Shown: one piece after another, positions 43,816 to 56,849 of the stretch
Position numbering within the stretch: position 1 is the stretch's first letter
Layout of the letters: every line of letters starts with the position of its first letter
DNA from: Octopus vulgaris
Lineage: Eukaryota
Direction: 5' to 3'
NCBI GenBank assembly: GCA_951406725.2
Contig: OX597820.1
Coordinates: forward strand, 103,106,001 to 103,170,000
DNA length: 64,000 nt
The notes under the pieces: model-generated
What the model was told of the DNA's origin: nothing
Seen by the model: only the letters and a program-made list of their open reading frames with translations
Database searches by the model: none
Made by a program: the position numbers and the translations under genes

Positions 43816-44079
43816 CTCTAGGCAAATCTTCAAAATAACACCCTACCATGTTAAACAATAAAGGACACTTTGAATAATATAAAACTCAACAGATGTCTGC
43901 TCAGTCATCGTGGACTTCGGACTTTATAACAAAACGTGATATCAGTTAAGTCATTTATCTTATGTCCCCTTTGTGATTTTCCCAGTTTCTCAAGTACAAG
44001 ACATTATTTGACACATTGATTAGAGAACAGGTGTATTTGTATCCTTTATAAATAGATTATTGATCCTTTTGTATACAGA

Positions 44080-45786
44080 CTAACAGTATAACCCGGCCTT
44101 GCCCGGGATTAAGTTACGATTATTAAGCTAATCAAGTTCTTTATTTCAAGCCAAACTAATTAATACAGACGTCAAGTTTGGGCGAAATCCGTTGAAATTG
44201 GTTATATTATAACCAAGTCTAGGGAGAAGGGTAATGCTGTGCGTTTCATACAATTTCATGGACCAAAATTACTGAATGGATCCTTATGATATTTGAAACT
44301 TAGATAATGCATAAGGGCGGGTATAATGCAATATGTTTGGTTTGAATTTCAGATGGCTTAAAAGGGGAAGAGCCCCCATGAAAATTCATAAATTTTCGAT
44401 GTTGATGAAATTTCAACCATGGGTAATTAACACACATCAAGAAGTATTCTCAAAGTTTCCACTTCACATGAGGATTCTAAGACACCCTAATGGGGGCCTT
44501 AACTCCCAAATTTTAGTCATTTCTTTTATGATCCAAAACTAAGTCAAAAGTATTGAATGGATCTTTACGAAATTTGGAAATTATATTCTCTGCATAAGGG
44601 CCATAACCCCCATGACAATTCATATATTTTTGCTATTGATGAAATTTTAACCATAGATATTAGATACAAATTAAGTAATATTTATAAAATTTTATCTTCT
44701 TACAAGTTAGAAAGACCCCTTCATGAGGACTTAACACCCACAATTTTGTCATTTTATCTAAGCAAAGACGAATACAGTTGTGCTCTTGGAAGCTGTAGGG
44801 TTACCCGAGCATAAAAGTTGAGCATTATTTGTAATTCAATGGTACAACAGTGTAAGAGTTTGCTTTGGCATACACTTACATTGTGATTTCTGCATAAATT
44901 GTCAAGTAAATGAGAGGCATCTTTGTTTCCACTGATTCAGTTGCAAAGTGTTGAGTAAAGTTATTTGATTGCAGACTTCCTTTCAGTCTTTTTATTATCA
45001 CTGGGTCACACATAGTCCCCACATGGAAACACTGATTTCAAGGCCTTCCCAGATGAGTGACTGGTTATTCAAAGACATTTATAGATTGTATATTTATTCT
45101 GCCCAGTTACGTATCAGTATAGTGGTCATTTGCAAACTCCAGAGGTGACACTTTCTCCTTAGCCCTCACGTCACACAGTTGTTAATGTTTATTTCAGTTG
45201 GGTCACGCCCTTCCAATTGCTATAGATTCGTAATGCATCTTACGGCTGTGCCTGTCACCTGGATGGTGAGGAATACTATATTGGGAGTGGTAACGACTAG
45301 GGTAGGGTAGCTGACTGCTTATTGTGATCATTCGTCTTTTGGTTTCCTGTAGCTTGGATCTTTTTTACAAACCCAGTGAACATATACTTCCTATTTCAAA
45401 GAAATTCAAACAATAGATATAAGACCCAATTTTAAAAGATTCTCAACAATTCAACTTCTCTGGTTGACATTAAGATGCCCACCCCCAATAGGGGCCTTAA
45501 CTCTCACATTTTAGAGTAGCTCCATGACTTCCATTTTTCAGGAGCAAAATCCTTTTAACAGGTTCTATAAGACTGGAATTTTGGAATATGCGCATAAAAA
45601 TCAGTAGTATAGGATACATGTGGCACGATTACAATTTTTTTAGGGTGTTTAAAGAGGGAAATAACCCTCATCTGCAATTTTGATGAAATTCGAAACATAG
45701 GTATTCCAGTTCATTACAGAAAATATAACAGAAAGGTCTAGGTCTTCAATTGTATGTAACTCGGGCAATGCCGGGTAACTCTGCTA

Positions 45787-45787
<1 letters not shown>
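44080..45787. mobile_element. Helitron-related non-autonomous element with hairpin plus (C/T)TAG ends at both termini
   Basis: Right end CTCGGGCAATGCCGGGTAACTCTGCTAG|T; left end reverse complement CCCGGGCAAGGCCGGGTTATACTGTTAG|T; internal direct repeats. Confidence 0.6.
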
Positions 45788-45821
<34 letters not shown>

Positions 45822-45857
45822 GATGTCCGATTGATGTACTTGGTACAGTCATGGTTG

Positions 45858-45919
<62 letters not shown>

Positions 45920-46255
45920 ATTAATAGTAATTTTTATTGACTTTTGTAGGGTTATAATTTTATGAACTGAACTGTGTGTTTTTTTTTATTATTTTTTATG
46001 TATATATGTCTGATTTAAATTTAAATGTGAGTGTGCATATATCTTCCTTGAGGTTAGTTATGGAACTAGGAGTCCAATATGTAGAATAACTGTGTTTGTT
46101 AATGTATATTGATATATTTTGTTTATTTTGTATTATTGTATTAATGAGTATATATATATGTGTAGTATTATGAGTGTCTATGCACACATTTTTATATTTT
46201 ATATTTTTATATTTATATGCAAAAAAAATTTTTTCACACTTATATTAAATTAAAT

Positions 46256-46366
46256 TCTCTGAAGAGGCCGTGGGACATCCTTGTTAATGTCTCATTTATA
46301 CCTGCCTTATATGGCTGATAGGTTAAATGAGGCATACTTGTCCTCACGGCCGAAACAGCTGTCAGA
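46256..46366 (+). ncRNA. Type I hammerhead ribozyme with a long stem II
   Basis: TCT-CTGAAGA-GGCCGTG...CACGGCC-GAAA-CAGCTG-TC^-AGA. Core intact; stem II extended by GGACA/TGTCC and CTCATTTA/TAAATGAG; palindromic stem III; stem I only 3 bp. Confidence 0.78.
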
Positions 46367-46556
46367 TATGATATAATTATATATTATATTTTATATTTTA
46401 TATTTCTATTTCCTTGTCTAATTATATTTACAATATATTTTGTATAATTGCCTTTGCTGTTATGTAATGGTGTAATAAAGTATTGATTGGGTATCATCTG
46501 ATGGTTGATGTTTGATTGATTTAAGTATGTTTCTCCATTTTCTAATTTTGTATATA

Positions 46557-46670
<114 letters not shown>

Positions 46671-47019
46671 ATCCAAACAAGAAAACACAAAACAAAAAAA
46701 CACAAGAACGCGAGGACGTGGAACAAATAAAGTATTATTGGAGGCTCAGGAAAGAAGGGAAGAAGGAGGGTTTAACATTTCGAGCGGAGCTCTTCGTAGG
46801 AAACATAGGAGAAGGAAAGATCCCGAGAAGGGAAGACAGAGGAAAAAAATCGCCAGCGGTACTCACGAGGTCACATATTTAAAGACCGGAAGTAGAAAGG
46901 TGGAAGAATAGGGTGCAGTGGGTAAATTGTCGCTATTTTATATTTTTTATATTTTTATTTCGCTCATGAACGTTATTTGCTTTTGATGTTGTCGACTACA
47001 AAGCATAGTAGGGGGTCAG

Positions 47020-47488
47020 TTGGGCACAGTCTGTGAGAAACAGCACCAAAACGCAATTCACTCTGCTAGAAATTTGGAAACGATATACTGCACTGCTTGG
47101 CATTCGCACCTGGAACTGCAATAGGAATATTTCAGAGTGCTTGGATGTCAATCTGAAGACAGTGCAGAAGATTCGGAAAGAGTTGGATGAGTCTAATGAT
47201 GATTGCGAAGGTACGGCAGCTCGGAAAACTCATTCTGATCGTTCTGATAAGAAAAGAACTCATGAATTTGTTGGTCAGATCCAGGCCTTGATTGACAACG
47301 ATCCCTCCAAGCTATTCAGGTCCATCGTCAGGGCCATGAGAGTGTCTGAGTTTCTTACCAGGCAAGTAGTGTATGAAGACCTTCGGTATTCCTCGTACAA
47401 GATGAGAAAGGGCCAATTTTTATCCCTTTCTCATCTTGTACTAATTATAGTAAAGATATTTAAATGGTCCCAATTTACCTGTTACACC

Positions 47489-47519
<31 letters not shown>

Positions 47520-48200
47520 CGGTGAAGAAAGACCGCGCTACGAAGCTTTTGAACAAATTCAAGCATACCCTCCAAACCATACTTTGGTTTTTCTCAGACG
47601 AGACAAATTTCTGCCAGGATTAGATAGTGAACACATAGAACAACTGTTGGCTTGCCGTGTCCCGAAAACATGTACCGAGAATGATAAAAATCAAACTTCC
47701 ACTCAACATCATGTTGTTTGGAGTGATCAAAAGTGATGGCGTCGCTATGCCTCTATTAATATTCTCACGAGGCCTCAGATTCAACACAGAGCCCAACATC
47801 ATGTGCCTGGAGGAGGTAGTGTAGCCCTGCGTCAAGAGGGTGACTGCTGAAGGGTTCTATGTCTGACAACAGGACTCTGCACCATGTCACACAAGCAGGA
47901 GAACCCTGTCATGGCTGTCAGACAATTTCTGCGACCACATCACCTCTAGCATCTGCCATCTAACTCTCCAGACTGCAGCCCCCTTCATTATTATGTGTGA
48001 GACACAGTTGAGCGAGAGACCAACAAAACTCCTTGTAACACCAAAGATGAGCTGAAGACAAGGATTATAGCAACACTCACCAACTTAAACAAGGAGATCG
48101 CCCAGAAAAGTTACAGGAGATTCCGAAGTCGTCTGGAGGCCGTGGTTGAAGCCAATGGCGATTTTATTGAATAAATTTACTCTTTAGTATTTCAAGATAC
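47020..48200 (+). mobile_element. maT/DD37D-type Tc1/mariner transposon, decayed
   Basis: [59 protein letters not shown]. Confidence 0.8.
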
Positions 48201-48263
48201 TTCAATGTAATTTTAGTAAACATATATATATATGTATATATATGTATATATATGTGTGTGTAC

Positions 48264-48371
<108 letters not shown>

Positions 48372-48403
48372 ATATATATATACAGGATACGGTGAATAAA
48401 TTT

Positions 48404-48464
<61 letters not shown>

Positions 48465-48467
<3 letters not shown>

Positions 48468-49570
48468 GGTGTAACAGGTAAATTGGGACCAGTTAAGTAT
48501 TTTTATTATAATTAGTATAACTCGGAAAAATCAAACACTGAAAATTTTATATTCATGCAAATTTAGTGTGGAGTGTTTAGTACTTGATTCAGTTCAATGT
48601 AACCGCCATTTAATCTCTTTACCAGTTCACTCTGTTTATGAATTGATTTCCTTTTTCCTTTTACCGAATGCTCGCTTGATCGAAGCCTTCAGTGAATACA
48701 CACAGTTCTGAGAAGTTGCGTTGGATATTGCTTCAGCTGCGCTCCATAGCAAAATCTCACACGGATTCAAATCTTGCGAGCTAGAAGGACAGATATCTTT
48801 AGGGGCAAAGATGGGAAATTCCTTCTTCAAAAATTCTTGCACTCTTTTCGAAGAATGGGCTGGCGCAGAGTCCTTTACAAACATAACCCGACTTGCCTAA
48901 TAATGCTTCGTAATCCAAGGCAACAAAACTTCTAAGATTTTTAGATACTCTGCTGTGTCGATTTTAAGAACCGCTTCAATAGCACGAGGAGGCGTCAATT
49001 TCCCATCACATGCAACAGCTCTAATGGAAGCTGGATTCTTGCTATTCATAACTGAAGGAACTTGGGAAGGATCGTACGCTATCACTCGTGAGTTTTGACT
49101 GTTAGCAACTTCGTCTATCATGACCTTCTTTTCATCCACGAAGATGCGGACGTCTTCGTCACAGTGTTTCAGATGACTAAAAAGTTTGGGACTTCTTTCA
49201 CCTCGAATGGTTTTAGTAGTTAGGATGTTACGGTGTTTCCTCACATACGAGGAGGTCTTGTCTCACAGCCCCAGAAACGGTCATTTTACTGATTCCTCGA
49301 TCTTGAGCCAACTTCACTATCGATTTTGATGGGTTCGACTCAGTCGATCTTTTAAGTCCTGCTAAGAAGTGAGGTGTGCGTTTTCTATCACTAGGAGGCC
49401 TGGGAGACTTTCTCTGAACATCCTGAGTTCTCTTCAAATTGAATTACAACACTAAAAACAGTAGATTTGACATACTTTGTGGCTCTAACAATTTACCCAG
49501 CACTTTTCATTCCAGTTCGACAATTCGGACGTGCTTTTTTTCCCTGTTGTGAGTTCCGCTATTTGTTTAT
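48465..49570 (-). mobile_element. maT/DD37D-type transposon, decayed, one TIR retained
   Basis: IFVDEK, N.QNSRV, KDSAPAHSS, PSSSQDLNPCE; terminus TA|CAGGGTGTAACAGGTAAATTGGGACC. Confidence 0.8.
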
Positions 49571-49639
49571 CTAAATTGTGGGGTTTTTTTTGTGGTGGTG
49601 GTGGGGGGGATTTTATATGTTATCGATTCTAAACCTGCT

Positions 49640-52600
49640 TAGCGGGGGAAGTATGGAGTCTAGAAATTCCTCCTTTAAGGGGAGAATTTAATTATTTTTG
49701 CAACTTCTTGTGTAATTAGTTTACACATTTTAAAAATTATGGCTTCCATCCAAAACACTGACAACGCCTCCCCGCCTCCAATACTAACAGCTCAACGAGA
49801 TGTACCAAGCAATGATTCCAGCACTTCCCTGTCGCGAACAGGAAGAGGTGAACCTCAAAAAAAAAAAACCAGCAATATACAACAAATTCTACAAAGGATA
49901 CCCCAATGTGCAACAATGAAAAAGAATTAACTGACAAAGCAAATGAATTAAGCAAACCAAACCGATGCGGTTTCGCGTCGGTTGCAACAATAAGCCTGGA
50001 AGACCCAAAGATTAACCAGGCAGACCTAGAAAAATATAAAGGTTAGCAAAGCGTGAAAGGTTAGCAAAACGTGAAACTTAACCCCGCCCGCTGATATAAT
50101 TCAACAAACAGCTAGAAAAACAATAACATTTAAAACTCTTTCACTAAAAACGAAAAAAGTCGTCGAACATATGCCAACGGAAACAATAGAGAAGTGCCTA
50201 CAGCCCTTTTGGGGCAATACCAAACACGTAGCAAGAGGGTAAAGATACGGCATTGTGGAGGTAAGGTTCCCTTCCGAAGCAGAAGCAAAGAAACACCCCA
50301 CGGTGCCCTTGAAAACCAACGAACTGGAGCTACTGCCCACTTATATGGGTAAACTACGTCTAAAATAAAAATTGGGGAGGTTTCATTAGAAAGTGACGTG
50401 GTGTGGCTTGTGGCCGCTGTTTTGCTGGATTTGGAAAGTAGCCTTTCCATACTGCAGGTCACGAAGCTGTGCCAGCAAAACTGGTGGGGCCAAGGCCTCG
50501 AAACCATCATACAATCCACACAACAGGATCTCGAGATTATACCCGATTTAATAAATTTACCAGATGGCACAGCCCTAAGTCATGGTGGAGGGTCGAAGGC
50601 CCAAATGTTACACATCCAATTAATAAGACTTGACTGTAATTCATATACGGAACTAAAAGAACGATATCTTAATGACACTGGAACATTACAATTAAATTTT
50701 ACTAAGCACATTAACCGGAACTTAATCAGCGAGGCTCCATAAGCCACGATAGGAGGGGAGGATAAATCTATACCCTTTCTCAATCTCCATACCTCAACCA
50801 AGAACGCCACACAAGACACACCGGGAGGGGGGAATAAATCACCCTCCCCCATCACCAAGTAAGTAATTAATTCCACTCATCATGGTTTCGTTCAATCTTG
50901 ATAGTGTGAATATGCGTGGTCTGGGATCATATTGGAAGCAAATATACTTGCTAAACGATCTCAGGGCGAGATTTGGATGTCGTAGTCACCAGAGAAACCA
51001 GGCTGACCGGATCACGAGCTTTTTCGCCACTCTTCGATCTTCAAGCCAGCCTAGAGGAGGCAGAGGAATTGTGGTTTTATTCCGAAAAGGCCTGGATTTA
51101 GAAATCATGATAATCTTTGTGGACCCAGAAGGCAAGCTAGTCGTTCTTGACGCGACACATAGCAGTGGCAACGCTTTCAGACTGGTTGCAGCTTATGCCC
51201 CAAACATCACGGGGCAATCCGACTACTTCAGACGCCTAGAGGCTTTCCTCAGGGTGTTATGCACGATAGTGTTAGTAGGTAACTTTAACACAATCCTAGA
51301 TGCACGTGTGGGTTGTATTGGCTCAACTCCAAATAGAAAAAGGAATACTTGCCTTACTAACCTGTTCAGTTGCTTTCAACTGGCTGACAGGTTTAGAATG
51401 CATCACCCGGATGCACATAGGTTTAGAATTGATCACCCAGATGCACATAGGTTTAGAATGGCTCACCCGGATGCACATAGGATGTGGACATGAACCAACA
51501 GTACCGAGTCTTCCAGATCATATTAGATAGAGCATTCATTAGGTTAGGTGATAAATCTAGCGTTAGTTGTCCACAGTTTCAGATCGACAGCTATACGGAT
51601 CACAAGTTTGTGATCTGTAAGCTTGACTTAGATAGATTTTGTAGATAGTGCTCGGATTAGAGAATTAGTGAAAACGGCGTTAACAGGAGCCATCATCAAT
51701 AACAACTGGTGGTACGCCCTAAAAAGAGCCATTAAATTTGAGTCACGTAGATATAGCAACGTTTTAGCATTAGGAAAAATAGAATAGAAAGGGACTTAGC
51801 ACACTAGAAAAGGCATTAAAATCTGGCAATGCTTCTAACATGCTGGCAGCGATATTGGCCCTAGACCAACACCTCAATGCCAAGCACGAAGGTTGTATTG
51901 TCAGACCTAAGTTTCGTGCTATGAGACAAGAGGGAATCAACGCTGCGGGATGGGCCCGCATAGTAGAGAACCAGCGTGGTCATAAAGCCGCCATACGGTC
52001 TTTGGTCGACCAAAATGGATGCACGGTTAACGAACCCGACTAAATGTGTAAGGTCCTTCACCAGCACTTCGCTCAGCTGTTCAGGATGAACGGTTGGCCG
52101 GATCGTGGGATAGACTTCTCGGATTTCCTGGTTGGTCTGCTGCGACTCTCAACGCAGGAGACGGAGTGCTGTGAAGGGCCGATCACAGCTGCGGAGGTAG
52201 AAGAGGCCCTATCGGGCTGCACTGGGGGCAAGTCAACCGGATCTAGATGGTCTGCCCTACGAGTCCTATTGTAATATGCCAGACTTGTTTGGGAACCTAC
52301 TGGCAAATATCTACGCCAACTGGCAACAGGATAGAAGCATTTCTAGGTCGGTGAGCCGGGGGACCGTGGTGCTGCTAAGAAAGGACCCAAACAAGGGGGA
52401 CGTTATAGATAACTTTAGATCCATCACTCTGCTTAATGCAGAGCTGAAGAGTTTGGCCAAGGTGCTAGGTAAGAGGTTGGCGCCTGTCGTCGACAAACTG
52501 GGTGGGAAGGCGAAACATGCGCCATTCCATCCAGAACAATCCACGACAGCCTCCTCCTCTACGCTACATCATAGACAGGGTGGTTAATAATCCTGACATA

Positions 52601-53105
52601 TAAATCGGTAGTTCGGATGAACGGTCATCTTTCAGAGAAGTTCAGCATCGTACGTCCACCAAGGATGTCCCATATCCTCCCTTCTGTACGTTCTGGCCCT
52701 TGAGCCATTACTGCAGAAGTGGAAGCCTTGAGAGGCGTCCTGCGTGATCTAGAGTGCGGGAGGACAGTAACAGCGTATGCGGACGACACCACCGTATTCG
52801 TATCCTGTGACAGACACCTGCATGTAGTAGATAATGCCATTAGGGAGTACGAAGTGGTATCAGGGGCAAAAATAAACCATGATAAGTCGGTTGGCCTGCA
52901 GCTCGGCACCTGGACAGACAGGTTGATGCCACCCAACAACATCGTAAGGCGTTGGACAGATGGCCGGCTGAAATTGCTCGGGGTTTGGTTCGGTTCAGAC
53001 CTCCAAATAGAGAGAAACTGGGATGAGATTAAGATCAGAGTGGCCAATCTCACCCAGAAATGGGCCGAGAGGAAACTGTCCCTAAAAGGGAGGGTGGAGG
53101 TTTAA
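49640..53105 (+). mobile_element. Tx1/L1-clade non-LTR retrotransposon (ORF1 + APE endonuclease + RT), pseudogenised and 3'-truncated
   Basis: ORF1 remnants 49739-50620; APE motifs SVNMRGL, AAYAP, LVGNFN, SYLDR, YTDH; RT motifs NFRSITLLNAELK and AYADDTTVF, then GAKINHDKS and KLLGVWF. Confidence 0.9.
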
Positions 53106-53124
53106 TAGCATTCATTTAGTTAAA

Positions 53125-53450
53125 TAGCTGGAAGTCTTGGAATATAAAGATACTACTGAAGAAAAGAAATCCTTTCAGAGATGTTGCAAATTTTGCCATT
53201 AATCTATTGACATTGCCAAACTCAAATGCAGAAGTTGGATGGTTGTTCAGTGAAAAACAAAATGCCTCTTCCTATGCTTAGATCAATACTGTCTATAAAA
53301 AATATGGCCTGAAAAGATGGGGCACATGTTGCAAAAACTTCGATATTCCAAAACACATAATTAACAAGATTGGGACCTTGAAAGTATACAGAAGTCAAGA
53401 CCAAGGCAGTGAAATCAGTGAAATTCATGGAATTATTTCTCAATGCTGAA
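53125..53450 (+). mobile_element. hAT transposase C-terminal (dimerisation) fragment
   Basis: NPFRDVANFAINLLTLPNSNAEV..LFS...KMPLPMLRSILSIK.YGLKRWGTCCKNF. Confidence 0.65.
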
Positions 53451-53601
53451 TATAATTAAAGAAAGTAAATAAAAATTAAGCTTTTTGATGTAATTAGTCT
53501 TTAGCATTTTTTTTGTAATATTTAGCATTTTTTAGTATTTTTTTTTTGTATTTTTCTACTAAAATTTAGCATAAAATTCTGATTTTAAGTTGGCAACACT
53601 G

Positions 53602-53632
<31 letters not shown>

Positions 53633-53930
53633 TGTATGTATGTATGTATGTATGTATGTATGTATGTATGGAATCGATGGACTGATGGGTGGATGGAGGG
53701 ATGTATCTATCAATCTATTTATCTATCTATCTGGATGGATGTATCCCTCTCTCTCTCTCTCTGTATATATGTGTGTGTGTAAATAAATAGGGACATACAT
53801 AATAATACGCAGTCATACACGCACCCATACACACACACACACACACATATAGGCTAGTAAAAAGCAAAAAGGCTATAATTTTGCATATAATTATTACATA
53901 GATTTATCTATACACATGCGCGCGCGCACA

Positions 53931-53968
<38 letters not shown>

Positions 53969-54104
53969 GTTAAACACGTAAATCCTTCTAGACACGCCTA
54001 CATACCAACAGAAACACACCTTACATGCTCACGTTTAATTGGATGGTAATAATTTAAAGCAGTGAGCTTTTTTAATTGATCACCGTTTCGAGTCCGGTTT
54101 TGCA

Positions 54105-54140
54105 CACGACGGAAGTTAAATTCTGTCATGTGACTGAAAC
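54105..54140 (+). promoter_or_regulatory. Putative GNPTAB promoter elements: ETS-like CGGAAGT (54110-54116) and CLEAR/M-box-like GTCATGTGAC (54125-54134)
   Basis: Motifs lie ~135-160 bp upstream of the ATG in a locally CpG-richer, repeat-free stretch. Confidence 0.5.
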
Positions 54141-54268
54141 AATCCATATCTCGGAAAAACAGCGCCACGTTTTGAAGACAAGTATGGATTTAGAAATACC
54201 AGGAGGGGTGTTCTCGCACAACTTGTTTCATGTTTCTTGAGGAAAACTACCGCGCTTACTTGACAAAA

Positions 54269-54391
54269 ATGAGAACTTTCTGCAAGTTCATACAGCGACA
54301 AGCCTACACTATCCTCTCTTATAAATATGGCACAACGTTGTTCTTCTTCGGCTTCGTCTTAATCGTCGTCTCAGCTTTCCATTTCGGAGAG
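54269..54391 (+). CDS. GNPTAB: N-acetylglucosamine-1-phosphotransferase alpha/beta subunit precursor, coding exon 1
   Basis: MRTFCKFIQRQAYTILSYKYGTTLFFFGFVLIVVSAFHFGE aligns with the recalled human N-terminus [39 protein letters not shown] (cytosolic tail plus TM1). Similarity stops at GAG|GCAAGT, a phase-0 GC donor. I did not recognise downstream exons in the window. Confidence 0.9.
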
Positions 54392-56617
54392 GCAAGTCGT
54401 TATTATTTACACATGAATTGATTCGTATATATTGCATTGTTTTTGAAATAGCGTAAATTGATAATCGTGTTTCTCTGATATTATAAACACTCCGGTGATT
54501 AATGATCTCAATCTGTAATTAATTGATTTAAAAAAAGAAAAGAAAAATGTATCGATATTTTGTGTGTGTGTGTTCGTTCGTCCGATTAAAACAAAACAAA
54601 AGATCTTTTTTTTCCCCTTTAATCTAATGATAATCTTATCTATTCGGAGGGTGTATATTTTCTGGGTGACAATTTTTGAGATGGGAGAATCGTTAAAATG
54701 TCGAAAGGGGGCGGGGGAAAGGGAAAAACCCTGAGTTACATGTTCTTTTCATTGCTAGTTGTCTTACAAGCGGACTCAGTAAACTAGTATTCGGCGGACG
54801 TAAAAGAATGTAGATCGCACCCTCTTTCTTTTTTTTTTTATAGAATCCCCCATTTTCGAGTACGGAGATCCTGTCTACAAAAAAACCGGCATTTAAAAAT
54901 TTTTATTCCCCCCCATATCCCACCCCAAATTCTTCAATGTTCCCTCTTTTCAGAAATTTTTTATTGAAATACGTAAAAAAAAATACGGAGATATAAAAAA
55001 AAGATTGGTGGGATCGTATGCAAATATACTAATACACTGCACATATATCTACAAATTGAAACTTGAAATTTCGAAAAATGTGTGTTAATATGTGTGTGTC
55101 ACTATTTTTCTTTTCACATCATATTCCGATATAATTTACACACTTTGAAAGTATTTGTGAAAAAAAATTCATCAAAACACCCATTTTTCTGATAGTTATG
55201 AGAAAAACAAAGCTCATTCGTGTGAATTTTCCAAAGCTCCCCTTTCCCGCCCACAGAAAAAAGTTTTTCACAACAAATTCCGATGTAATAGAAATGTACA
55301 CCATCAGAAATCAGAAGCGTATTTGTTGAAAACTTCATTAAAAATTATCTCTATCCATTTCTCTGGAAGTTATGAGGTTGCAAAGTCGGATGGTGGGGAA
55401 GCACATGTTTGGGAATGCCAATAAACTAACGTGACAATCAAAGATTAGGGTCGATGTCATCGTCTATCCCCTCCCCTCAAAACATGGATTAGATTGGAGA
55501 TAATTACACTCAAAAAAATTTCTCACTTCGTGCGTGCAGATAGATAGGTAGATTGATTGATTGGTTGATTGATTGATCGATTGATTGTACATTCCTCTAC
55601 TTTCATTGTTTTATACGTTTCCTTTTTGTTTTGTTTTTTCCTCTATTTTCATATTGTTTGCTTTTGTAAATTAGATACTTTCCTTTAAGTCATATATACA
55701 CGAGAATCTCTCTCATATCTGTACACACACACCCTACACGCGGTCTTTCGGTATAAGTAGGTGACGTCATTCATCCTCTTTATCAGTCTAGCTTCTTTTA
55801 TCTTTCATGAGGAAACGTTGCGTGGATGAATAACGTTGTCTTATTATACCGAAAGATTGTCATGTATATGCGTGTGTTTGTGTGTGAGAGATGACAAAAG
55901 TCTATTGATTAATAATATGTATTGCTACAAACGACCCGTCTACCCATGACAAAATATACCCCGATACAAGGATAGTACTTAAAAGATGTGATATTTATTT
56001 TTGTACCCTGCTAAACTTACCTTTGCTGCTCCCTCACCTCGTAGCCTCACCCCCTCCTCTCATCTACCTATTGCTTCGCATCCCCTATGCATAATCATGT
56101 CATCATTCACTGTCCTCTATCTCTCACCTCCCCACCACCACCATCGGTTGAGCTGATCGAACTATACACTTTTTCTACACTTCAGTCTCCTGTGCAGAAC
56201 ATTTCTTTGCTTGTTGAAGTATGATGAAAGTAGATGTTAAAATATGTGTAAATATATGCATTTATGTGTGTGTGTAAACAGACAGATGATTTTATATCCT
56301 CAGGTGTGTGTTTGTGTGTATATATGAACATTTGCATGTGGATAGCCTCTTATCCTTCTAACACATCTATCCATCCGCCTCTCTTATCACACTTTTCTCT
56401 TATCGCCCACCTGTCTTCTTGTGTCCCCATTGTTTATATCTAAATCACTTTTTCTCACTCTCACTTCACTAAGTTACCGATGTGACAAAGGGCAGCACTA
56501 AACCTCTGGCTTATCATACATTGCTTCCAGTATAACCAGGTATACCACCGTGCCATCTCACTCTTCCTTCTCTTATCCTTATCACCCTAGCTTTCTTGCC
56601 TTTTTGGGTTGAACTAC

Positions 56618-56849
56618 TTGACCCTTTACCGTTCAGATTTCTCTATCAAATGTAATGCTTATTTGTTCACATTGATAAAAATTATCCATGCATTACCTTG
56701 TAGCTTTGAGATTTCAATGGTGTGGTTGTTTAATTTTGTAATACTATTGTATTGTAGGGTAGTGTAAGAGATGAGATTTGGCCTGTTTGAACATGAAGCA
56801 GGTAGAATATTTTGGCCGGTTATGGTCAGTTTAAATGCTAAAGGGTTAA
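56618..56849. mobile_element. piggyBac-type MITE
   Basis: TTGA|CCCTTTACCGTT ... AATGCTAAAGGG|TTAA termini. Confidence 0.6.
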
